10,382 nt of DNA from Myxococcales bacterium (GCA_043785185.1 JAYVXL010000840.1:1-10382), one strand, 5' to 3'; shown: positions 1-7,052, counted from the first letter of the stretch. Numbers and translations are program-made. Notes: generated by a model not told the origin, from the letters alone.

Positions 1-1
1 G

Positions 2-811
2 CAGCTCGCGTTCGCCGCCGAGCGGCACCTGTTCGGGGGTCTGGTGCGCGCGCTCTTCGGCCTCGGTTTTTCGAACACGGTACTCCGGCAATACACCGGT
101 CGACTCACCGACGCGGACGGCGCGGGCGGCACCGTGCAAGCGCCCGAGGCGCCGACGCGCCTGGCGACCGACTGCGCGGCGGGTCGCGTCGTCGGGTGCA
201 GCGGCGGCTGGGACAACGTGCTGCGCCTCGGCCTGTCGATCGACACGCGCGACTACGAGCCCGATCCGAACTCCGGCGTCTACGCCGAGCTCTCCAGCGA
301 GTACGGCTTGCGGGGCCTCGGCTCGGACTACAGCTACGCGCGCGTCCTGGGCTCGGTGCGCCTCTTCTACAGCCCGATCCCGGAGATCGCCGATCTCGTC
401 CTGGCGTCACGCCTGCTCTACGAAATCCAGACGAAGGGGACGCCCTTCACCTCGATGAACAACCTGCCGTTCATCGACGACAACCACGCCGGCCTCGGCG
501 GCTTCCGCACGCTGCGCGGCTATCGCGACAGCCGCTTCGTCGGCCCCGTCATCGCGCTCACGAACTGGGAGGTGCGGTGGACCTTCGCGCGCTTCCGCGC
601 GCTCGGCCAGAGCTTCGCGCTCATCGGCGTGCCGTTCCTCGACGTAGGTCGCGTGTTCGACGACGTCGCGACGACGTCCTTCAAGAGCTGGAAGCGCACG
701 CAGGGCGGCGGGCTCCGCATCGCGTGGAACGATTCGACGATCGTGATGGTGGACTACGGATTCAGCGACGAGGACGCGGGGCTCTATGTGAACTTCAACC
801 ACATCTTCTAG
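2..811 (+). CDS. Omp85/BamA-family (bacterial surface antigen) outer-membrane beta-barrel protein, C-terminal part; 5' end lies outside the window
   Basis: The frame is open from the window edge, so the GTG at 44 is only the first start-like codon. It carries the barrel motif GLGGFRTLRGYRDSRF and alternating hydrophobic strand patterns. It ends in the typical OMP signature with a C-terminal aromatic residue (...LYVNFNHIF*). Third-codon-position GC is high. Confidence 0.7.
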   Translation, partial: QLAFAAERHLFGGLVRALFGLGFSNTVLRQYTGRLTDADGAGGTVQAPEAPTRLATDCAAGRVVGCSGGWDNVLRLGLSIDTRDYEPDPNSGVYAELSSEYGLRGLGSDYSYARVLGSVRLFYSPIPEIADLVLASRLLYEIQTKGTPFTSMNNLPFIDDNHAGLGGFRTLRGYRDSRFVGPVIALTNWEVRWTFARFRALGQSFALIGVPFLDVGRVFDDVATTSFKSWKRTQGGGLRIAWNDSTIVMVDYGFSDEDAGLYVNFNHIF

Positions 812-815
812 CGCC

Positions 816-1544
816 TCAGCACCGGCACGCGAACGAGGCGCCCGACGGCGAGCACGTCTCACCGCCGATGAACCCGCAGCAGAAGAAGCCGAAGCAGCAC
901 GAGTTGCCGCACCGGCCGCAGTTGTTGTCCGACGAGAGCGACGTCTCGCAGCCGTTGGCCGGATTGCCGTCGCAGTCGCCCCAGCCGGGGAGGCACCCGC
1001 TGCACACGCCGACGGTACCGCCGTTGCCACACATCTGGTGGCCGGGGCAGTCCGAGGCGGCGCAGCAAGAGTGGCACGCTCCGTCGGCGCAGACGCGCTG
1101 GCCGACCGGACAGCCGCAGCTCCCGCCGTCGAGGATCGAGCCCTCGGGGCAGCCGAAATCGCAAGTGCCCGCGTCGCTGCACGTCGCAAAGCCGGAGCCG
1201 GGCGACGGGCACATCTCGCCGCAGCCGAGCGCGCAGCCCGCTTCCGGAAAATTCGACTGGGTCGGCGCGCAGGTCTTGCCGCACGCGTGGAGACCGGGCG
1301 TGCACGTCCCGCAGCCGGGCCCGGTGAAGCCGTCGGGGCAGCCGGCGTCGGCGCGCGGGCCGCCGGTATCGCTGTCCGCGGACGCTTCGGAGACCGTCGC
1401 GTCGCTCGGACCCGGTGTCCCGGCTTCGTCGGTGCCGTCGCCGCCGAGCGTGTCCGTCGCCGCGCCGTTGGCGCACGCGACGAGCCGGAGCAGCGCGCCG
1501 ATGGCCGCGAGCGTGAGGACGTTTCGGGGGAGGCTCAGCCGCAT
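816..1544 (-). CDS. Cysteine-rich secreted lipoprotein (33 Cys in 242 aa), EGF-like / C-x-x-C rich repeats
   Basis: The signal peptide has a canonical lipobox (LLRLVA|C) and is followed by an acidic low-complexity linker. Dense Cys patterns follow, e.g. CPDGFTGPGCGTC and GDCDGNPANGCETSLSSDNNCGRCGNSC. It is convergent with the Omp85 gene, with 4 nt between the stops. Confidence 0.7.
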   Translation of the reverse strand: MRLSLPRNVLTLAAIGALLRLVACANGAATDTLGGDGTDEAGTPGPSDATVSEASADSDTGGPRADAGCPDGFTGPGCGTCTPGLHACGKTCAPTQSNFPEAGCALGCGEMCPSPGSGFATCSDAGTCDFGCPEGSILDGGSCGCPVGQRVCADGACHSCCAASDCPGHQMCGNGGTVGVCSGCLPGWGDCDGNPANGCETSLSSDNNCGRCGNSCCFGFFCCGFIGGETCSPSGASFACRC

Positions 1545-1556
1545 CGTCGGTGGCGC

Positions 1557-1585
1557 AATCTACGAGGGAAGTCCGAGCGGGGCAA
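1557..1585 (-). promoter_or_regulatory. Candidate sigma-70-type promoter for the Cys-rich lipoprotein (-35 TTGCCC, 17-nt spacer, -10 TAGATT); predicts a very short leader
   Basis: On the minus strand, TTGCCC (1585-1580) is separated by 17 nt from TAGATT (1562-1557). The ATG at 1544 lies 12 nt downstream of the -10. No Shine-Dalgarno is visible. Confidence 0.3.
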
Positions 1586-1655
1586 ACCAATAGGTGGGCA
1601 GGTGTAGGGCGCGCTTGCCGCGCGCCGACGCGCGAGGCCTTGCCTGCGCGGCGCG

Positions 1656-2987
1656 TCAGAGCGTCGCGAGGTAGGCGCGGAGCGCGGCGCGATCCGCGTC
1701 GCCCAGCGCGAGGCCGAAGAGGTGGCCGCGGACGGGGCCGCCGCGCTCGCTCTCGAAGTCGGGGCGGACGCGCGCAGGATCGAACATCGCATCGAGGCTC
1801 GGGAGCGACGCGTCGTGAAGGAGCGCGCGACGCGACGCGACGCCGTGGAGCGACGGCACGCGGTAGCTTCCGGTGCCGCGGTCGGTGGAGAGGCCGATCG
1901 CCGGATCGGTGCCGACCACGTCGAGCGGCACCGGCGGCCCTGAGAGCGCGGGCGGCGCGTGGCAGCGCGCGCAGGTCGCCTCGAAGACCGCCGCGCCCCG
2001 GGCCTCTGCGCCGTCCCTCGGCGGCGCCGCCGGGAGCGCATCCGCGAGCGACCACACGAAGGCCGCGAGCCCCAGCGACACCTCGCGCGGCGGACGAACC
2101 TGCGCGCCGTGCGTCGTGATGATCAGCGTCTCGATGCGCACCGCCAAGGTCGCGCGATCCTTCTGCGCGACGGACGCGTCGGCCTGGAGATGCGTGAGCC
2201 ACCGCACCGGGCGCAGGTCGGCGATCTTGACCGGCTCCGCGCCGCGCAACGTCGTGACGTCGACGCGCCCCGGCCCCCACGCGCGCCACGGCGCTGCGGC
2301 CTCGGGCGACTGGCCGCGGCGCACGGCGGCGTCGCCGAAGAGGCGCCCGAGCTCGAGCCGCTCGTTGCCGAGGCCGACGATCAACCCGCCTTCGGGCGCG
2401 CGCGACGACGCGTGGCACGTCGCGCACGTGAACGCGAGCGCGGGCGCGCGCGCCGGCAGCTCCACGCGCACGAGCGCCGCCGCGCCGCGCGCATCGTCCG
2501 TCCAGAAGCCGTAGCTCGCGAACGCCTCGCGCGACGCGGTCGCGATCTGCGCGGAGGCGTCGATCTGCATCGGGTAGCGGAAGAACGCGTCCTCGCCGAG
2601 CGCGCGCAGCGCCGCCTCTTCGCCGCGCCGCGCTTCGTCGGAGATCGCGAGCGCGCGCGCGTCGGGACCGAGCGCCGCCGCCCCATCGACGCCGCCCGGC
2701 GCGTCGAGATCCGTCGCGCGCACGACGTCGACGCGCGGGTTCCACTCGGGCAGCGCGGCCCAGTCGCCCGCTTGCCCCGTCTCGTAAGCCGCGAGGCGCC
2801 GTCGCGAGTAGCCGTTGTCGGGGTTCACGAGCGACGCCACGAGCGTCGCGCGGCGGAACGCGCCGCTCGCGAGGTAGGGCTCGTTCGACGGCGCGGCGAC
2901 GCTGCCGGCGAAGCACGCCGACGCGAGGGCCGCGCTCGCCAGCGCTGCCACGGCGCGACGAACGAAGGGACGCGAGGGCGCGGGCAT
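1656..2987 (-). CDS. Di-haem cytochrome c, cytochrome-c-peroxidase/MauG-like superfamily, exported
   Basis: There are two CxxCH haem-binding motifs: CATCH (2412-2426) and CARCH (1959-1973). The C-terminal haem-domain stretch YRVPSLHGVASRRALLHDASLPSLDAMF resembles the CCP/MauG motif (F/Y)KxPSLRN...HDGS..LE. An N-terminal signal peptide is present (AVAALASAALASA|C). Confidence 0.8.
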   Translation of the reverse strand: MPAPSRPFVRRAVAALASAALASACFAGSVAAPSNEPYLASGAFRRATLVASLVNPDNGYSRRRLAAYETGQAGDWAALPEWNPRVDVVRATDLDAPGGVDGAAALGPDARALAISDEARRGEEAALRALGEDAFFRYPMQIDASAQIATASREAFASYGFWTDDARGAAALVRVELPARAPALAFTCATCHASSRAPEGGLIVGLGNERLELGRLFGDAAVRRGQSPEAAAPWRAWGPGRVDVTTLRGAEPVKIADLRPVRWLTHLQADASVAQKDRATLAVRIETLIITTHGAQVRPPREVSLGLAAFVWSLADALPAAPPRDGAEARGAAVFEATCARCHAPPALSGPPVPLDVVGTDPAIGLSTDRGTGSYRVPSLHGVASRRALLHDASLPSLDAMFDPARVRPDFESERGGPVRGHLFGLALGDADRAALRAYLATL

Positions 2988-3132
2988 GCTGCGGACGGAG
3001 CACAGACGATGCCATCGCGCAGACGCGCGTGACCGCGCGAACTTTCGCCCCGACCCACCGATCGCCGACGCACACCTGGCCCACGTTGGCCCACCGGACC
3101 GGGCGCATCCGCCCGCGTACCGCCGGCCCCAG

Positions 3133-3753
3133 CTACTTTTTCGCGGCGGCGGCGGCGCGAACCTGCGCGAGGATGTCCGCCGGCGACGGGCGATCGGTCA
3201 TCTCCTCACCGACGCGCTTCCACGCCACGGAGCGGTCCTTGCGGACGATGAACGTCGCCGGCACCGCGATGTCGCGCCCGTCCATCGCGACGCCGTACGC
3301 CGTGATGACGTGCAAATCCATGTCGGAGAGCAGCGGGAACTGGAGCCCGAGCTCCTGGGCGAGCTTGGCCGACTCGTCGGCCGCGTCGACGCTGATGGCG
3401 ACGACCTGGGCGTGCTGGGCCTCGAGCTGCGGTCGAATCTGCTCCAGCTGCACGAGCTGGCTGCGGCAGAAGGGTCACCAGAAGCCGCGGTAAAAGACGA
3501 GCACCGCGGGCCCGTTGGCCGTGAGCGTCGCGAGCGAGACCTTCGCGCCCGTTTGGTCGGCGAGCGTGAAGTCGGGCGCTTGCGCCGCCGCGAGCGTCTG
3601 CCCGGCGCGTCGGGCGATGGGCCTGTAAACGCCCGCCGCGACGATCGCGCCGAGCACCACGACGACGATCGCGAGCCCGATGAGGACGCGCCGCACGACG
3701 CGTCGTGTGCGGGACGGCTGCGGTGCGACGACTTCGGCGGACATCGGTGGCAC
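3133..3753 (-). CDS. Membrane-anchored AhpC/TSA (Prx-like) thioredoxin-fold redoxin with an in-frame TGA at the first Cys of the CxxC motif (candidate Sec; otherwise a pseudogene)
   Basis: ORFs 3475..3753 and 3133..3453 are in the same frame. Read-through gives ...AVLVFYRGFW-[TGA 3475-3477]-PFCRSQLVQLEQ..., 206 aa in total. The N-terminus has RTRRVVRR followed by one TM helix (LIGLAIVVVVLGAIVAAGV). The start is either GTG 3753 or ATG 3744. Confidence 0.6.
3438..3470 (-). promoter_or_regulatory. Candidate bacterial SECIS-like hairpin directly downstream of the in-frame UGA
   Basis: On the mRNA, the lower stem is UCUGC/GCAGA and the upper stem is CCAGCU/AGCUGG (3444-3460). The apical loop is CGUGC and begins 21 nt after the UGA. 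There is an asymmetric internal loop. Confidence 0.35.
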
Positions 3754-3796
3754 GAATCTACCACGCCTCGAGAAGATCGGTCTTGTGGAGGCCGGG

Positions 3797-3825
3797 TTGC
3801 CCGGGGCCCCGCGAGGTCTTATGTT
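3797..3825 (+). promoter_or_regulatory. Candidate ssrA promoter (-35 TTGCCC, 17-nt spacer, -10 TATGTT)
   Basis: TTGCCC lies at 3797-3802 and TATGTT at 3820-3825. This would give a short 5' leader, removed by RNase P, before the mature G at 3848. It is a motif match only. Confidence 0.25.
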
Positions 3826-3847
3826 CCTTGAGCCTCATCCCCAATTC

Positions 3848-4278
<431 letters not shown>

Positions 4279-4410
4279 CGTGCTCCGTCTCTCAGAGCAG
4301 AGCCAAAGCTCAGTCGCGCCGGCCGATGCGGCGCCCGATGTGTTTCCGGGCGGGCTCGGCAGCCGTCACAGTCGAGATCGCCCTACGCATGCCCTCGACG
4401 GAGTCGCAGG

Positions 4411-4725
4411 TCACGAGCAGTTCGCCCGCGAGCGTAACGAGCGCGTAATCAGCAGAGACATCGCGGCGAGGCCGAGCCCGAAGGCGCCCGCGTGCAACGC
4501 GCTCCGCGGCTCGAAGTCTCCAACGCGCAAGAGCAGCGCGTAGGCGACGACGAGGTTGCCCAGTCCATACATGACGTTCACGCGCGGCGACGACAGCCCG
4601 CGGAACGGGGGCGAGGCGAACGGGGTCGGAAACGTGCGCCCCAGCACCCCCGAGACGAAGTGCGGGACGAAGTTTGCGAAGAAGGCGCCCGCGAAGAAGT
4701 ACGTCGGGAAGTGAAACCAGAGCAT
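4411..4725 (-). CDS. Small hydrophobic membrane protein (about 3 TM helices), function unknown
   Basis: The protein reads MLWFHFPTYFFAGAFFANFVPHFVSG...VNVMYGLGNLVVAYALLL...AGAFGLGLAAMSLLI. GC3 is high. It is divergent from the TetR gene. Confidence 0.5.
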   Translation of the reverse strand: MLWFHFPTYFFAGAFFANFVPHFVSGVLGRTFPTPFASPPFRGLSSPRVNVMYGLGNLVVAYALLLRVGDFEPRSALHAGAFGLGLAAMSLLITRSLRSRANCS

Positions 4726-5374
4726 GCGACCTCCGAACGCCGAGCTGGCCGAGTCCGGCTACAGGGCATTTCGCATGGACGTGGCGAGCGCGGCGGCCGG
4801 GGTCAACAAGACCACGATCTACCGGCGCTGGCCCGGCAAGAAGCAACTCGTGGCGGCCGCTGTCGACTGGATGCGCAGGTTCGTGCATGACGTGCCGCTG
4901 CCCGACACGGGCTCGCTTGAGCGGGACCTCATCGAGGCCTTCCGGCGCAGGGTGAGGTTCAAGGATCGCGTCGAGGGGCAGGCGTGGGCGCGACTGCTCG
5001 CGGAGAAAAACGACCCCGACGTCAGCGCCGTCATCGGCGACGCTGTCAAGGAGCGCAGCGAGTCTTGGTACGCGATGGTCACGCGGGCGATCGCGCGCAG
5101 CGATCTCCCCGACGGCACCGACGCGCGGCTGCTCTTGGGGATGCTCGGGGCGGTCGTCGACGCGTGGAACGCGAGTTCGTCAGGCCGGCTGAAGGTCGAG
5201 CTGCTCCAGGCTGCCGTGCGCACCGTCGTCGCCGGCGCGCGCTCGGGCTCACTGGTTCGCTCCAGCGGGCGTCGCGGGACCGTGCGCGCGCTGCCACGAA
5301 TGGCGCCGGACGCGTCCGGGTTGACCCGTCATCGGAGCTCGGGGATCGCGAGCTCCGTCAAGAAGCGCAATTGA
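4724..5374 (+). CDS. TetR/AcrR-family transcriptional regulator, apparently lacking part of helix alpha-1
   Basis: The HTH region reads SGYRAFRMDVASAAAGVNKTTIYRRWPGKKQLVAAAV. Only about 10 residues precede the GY position, where TetR proteins usually have about 20-25. The stop lies 4 nt before repeat copy 2. Confidence 0.7.
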   Translation: MRPPNAELAESGYRAFRMDVASAAAGVNKTTIYRRWPGKKQLVAAAVDWMRRFVHDVPLPDTGSLERDLIEAFRRRVRFKDRVEGQAWARLLAEKNDPDVSAVIGDAVKERSESWYAMVTRAIARSDLPDGTDARLLLGMLGAVVDAWNASSSGRLKVELLQAAVRTVVAGARSGSLVRSSGRRGTVRALPRMAPDASGLTRHRSSGIASSVKKRN

Positions 5375-5378
5375 ATCG

Positions 5379-5468
5379 CGATTCCCGGCGCCTCCACCAC
5401 GGGACCGCGGTTTTCCGGGGTTTCGTCGTCTTGTGGGGACGTGTTGTGCACCCGTTGTGCAGGTCGGA
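5379..5468. repeat. Direct repeat copy 2 (attR-like): an orphan 3' end of ssrA with a degenerate terminator hairpin
   Basis: It shows the same 32-nt exact block as copy 1. The terminator stem carries a 1-nt deletion and mismatches (ccgggg ttt versus ccgcgg tcc). Downstream blocks ttgtggggacgtgttgtgcacc and gttgtgcag are conserved. Confidence 0.9.
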
Positions 5469-5530
5469 GGCCGCGATGGTGGGACGGCGACAGTTGCCGC
5501 AGGCTCCATCTACCCCGTAGCCTCAGGCGC

Positions 5531-6031
5531 ATGGGCAACGATGGCGTTCGCGTGGTACCGCCGCTGCAGACGCCGGAAGAACTCGAACAAGCCGCAGACG
5601 ACGCTGTCGAGACTTACGGCAAGACGACGACGATCGCGACGCGGTGACCGCCGCGAACGCGATCAACAAGGCGTTCCGCAAGACGGGCAGCGACGACCTC
5701 AAGAGCGCTCTCGACAAGTTCGACCCGCAGGGTGGTGCAGTCGTGGGCCCCCGCGACTCCGCGAAGCCATCAGCACGACCTCGGACCGCCTTCTGCGCCT
5801 CGTCGTGGCTCGGGGCTGGCCGGTCGACCTCGGACCGCTCCACGGCTCGAGCCGGATCTTCAGCCTGGATACTCGACGCAGTTCACGACGGCGCCCGGCG
5901 TCGCGCGGCAGCCACGCGGACGCCAGCAGGCCGAGGCCAGGGGGTATGGCTCGATGTCGGCGTCGATTCCGCACGTGTCCGGACGCTCGGGACCGACGGC
6001 TCGTTTCGTTTGCTTCGACTGTTTCGAATGA
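5531..6031 (+). pseudogene. Unknown gene disrupted by three successive frameshifts
   Basis: Protein-like, high-GC3 coding signal moves between frames: frame 2 at 5531-5646, frame 1 at 5644 to about 5762, frame 0 at about 5763-5875, and frame 2 at about 5873-6031. No frame stays convincing throughout. Confidence 0.3.
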
Positions 6032-6066
6032 TTCGGATGGTGCTACCTTCTCTCTGAGGTCTCGCC

Positions 6067-6519
6067 ATGAACACCGCCGCCGTGAAGGTCCCCACGACCG
6101 AAGCTGCCGAGCAAGCCCAGTTCGCGCTCCGTGCCCTCGGCAAGATCAAGTCGAAGAAGACCGCGCGCACGCTTCAGGTGAGGCCCGAGGGTGGTCCCGA
6201 CGTGGCCGTCACGGTGCCGCGCGAGGCGTTCGAGCTGTTCCTGGAGATCCTCGGGCAGATGGCCAACGGCAACGCCGTTACCATCGTTCCGGTTCATGCG
6301 GAGCTGACGACCCAAGAGGCCGCCGACATGCTCAATGTCTCACGCCCCCACCTCATCGAGCTGCTGGAGACTGGCAAGATCGGCTTCCGCAAGGTCGGCA
6401 CGCACCGGCGCATTCGCGTGGGGGACCTTCTGGGCTATCAGCAGGCGGATCAAGCCGAGCGAAAGGCCGCGCTCGACGAGCTTAGCCAAGAAGCCCAGAA
6501 GCTCGGCCTCGGGTACTGA
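6067..6519 (+). CDS. Excisionase-family helix-turn-helix DNA-binding protein (HTH_17 type), probable antitoxin of a PIN toxin-antitoxin pair
   Basis: The protein contains ELTTQEAADMLNVSRPHLIELLETGKIGFRKVGTHRRIRVGDLLGY. A GAGG RBS lies 7 nt upstream of the ATG. A PIN start follows 8 nt downstream. Confidence 0.8.
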   Translation: MNTAAVKVPTTEAAEQAQFALRALGKIKSKKTARTLQVRPEGGPDVAVTVPREAFELFLEILGQMANGNAVTIVPVHAELTTQEAADMLNVSRPHLIELLETGKIGFRKVGTHRRIRVGDLLGYQQADQAERKAALDELSQEAQKLGLGY

Positions 6520-6527
6520 CGGCGGCG

Positions 6528-6620
6528 ATGGCCTTCGTCGTCGTCTACGACGCCTGCGTCCTCTACCCGGCGCCCCTTCGCGACCTACTCCTTCGGCTCG
6601 CCGCCATGCACGCATCCTAG
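6528..6620 (+). pseudogene. PIN-domain toxin gene remnant (first 30 codons only)
   Basis: The remnant reads MAFVVVYDACVLYPAPLRDLLLRLAAMHAS*. The VVYDACVL...LRDLLLRLA pattern matches the N-terminus of the PIN toxins paired with HTH_17 antitoxins, including the first acidic residue. The 8-nt gap to the antitoxin stop is typical of a TA operon. Confidence 0.55.
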
Positions 6621-6626
6621 CCTCAC

Positions 6627-7052
6627 TTGGCGTTGGTCCTTCTCACCGGTGGAGCAAGGCACGGAAGCGGGGGATCTTCAGTCCGCAAGCTCGTCTGGAC
6701 GAGCTCCGACCCCGAGCTTCCGAACGCGAGCGACATCGAATGGCAGGTCGCGCACAGCTGGCTGTTTCGTCTGCGGATCCTTCCTCAGATCTCGGTGAAT
6801 ACGGCCGAGCACGAGCGCCAGGCCGGTAACTTGTCGGGCGCTGTCGAGCATCTGCGGCTCGCCGTCGAGGCGGATCCCGAAGATGCCGGGGCCTGGATTG
6901 CGCTCGCCCTCACCCTCGAGCAGTCCGACCGCACGACGGAGGCAGAGGCCACTTGGCGCCACGCCATCGACCTTTTCCCCGGCGATCCGCGGACCCACGG
7001 CGAAGCGGCGCGATTCTTCCGCCAACGCGACAGGGGCGGTGGGAACCTTTAG
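6627..7052 (+). CDS. TPR-repeat-containing ORF, probably a 5'-truncated fragment
   Basis: The TPR-like sequence is AGNLSGAVEHLRLAVEADPEDAGAWIALALTLEQSDRTTEAEATWRHAIDLFPGDPRTH. GC3 is good from about 6680. There is only a TTG start, and the ORF is in the same frame as the PIN remnant, separated by a single TAG. Confidence 0.4.
   Translation: MALVLLTGGARHGSGGSSVRKLVWTSSDPELPNASDIEWQVAHSWLFRLRILPQISVNTAEHERQAGNLSGAVEHLRLAVEADPEDAGAWIALALTLEQSDRTTEAEATWRHAIDLFPGDPRTHGEAARFFRQRDRGGGNL

Noticed and set aside
1608-1626. A perfect hairpin GGCGCGC-ttgcc-GCGCGCC between the di-haem gene stop and the lipoprotein start, as a possible terminator.
   Set aside because: No U-tract follows on the transcribed (minus) strand, and GC-rich palindromes of this size are common in such genomes. 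It is not called as a terminator.
859-3108. A 749-aa minus-strand ORF spanning the lipoprotein and di-haem genes. Similar long ORFs occur at 196..1593 (+), 407..1189 (-), 1959..3032 (+) and 1550..2119 (+).
   Set aside because: The translations are Arg/Ala/Pro-rich and low-complexity, typical of shadow ORFs in very high-GC DNA. They overlap frames that have recognisable domains, signal peptides and haem motifs.
3133-3753. Annotating the two redoxin halves as two separate small genes.
   Set aside because: The downstream half would start at an internal GTG with no RBS and would lack the CxxC region. The halves are collinear in one frame and together form one thioredoxin fold. The alternatives kept are Sec read-through or a pseudogene.
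4310-4440. High-GC3 minus-strand frame ending ...LVTLAGELLVTCDSVEGMRRAISTVTAAEPARKHIGRRIGRRD*, which might be the C-terminal stump of another gene just inside the islet.
   Set aside because: Only about 40 codons look protein-like. There is no start and I recognise no family. The upstream part of that ORF (to 4888) is Arg-rich shadow sequence.
6640-6760. Continuation of the PIN toxin in another frame (frame-2 peptide GIFSPQARLDEL, vaguely like the GLFxPxWSxxILDE segment that follows LRLA in such toxins).
   Set aside because: The similarity is weak. It would need an insertion of about 60 nt plus a frameshift, and the sequence after it is not PIN-like. It is left unresolved rather than claimed.
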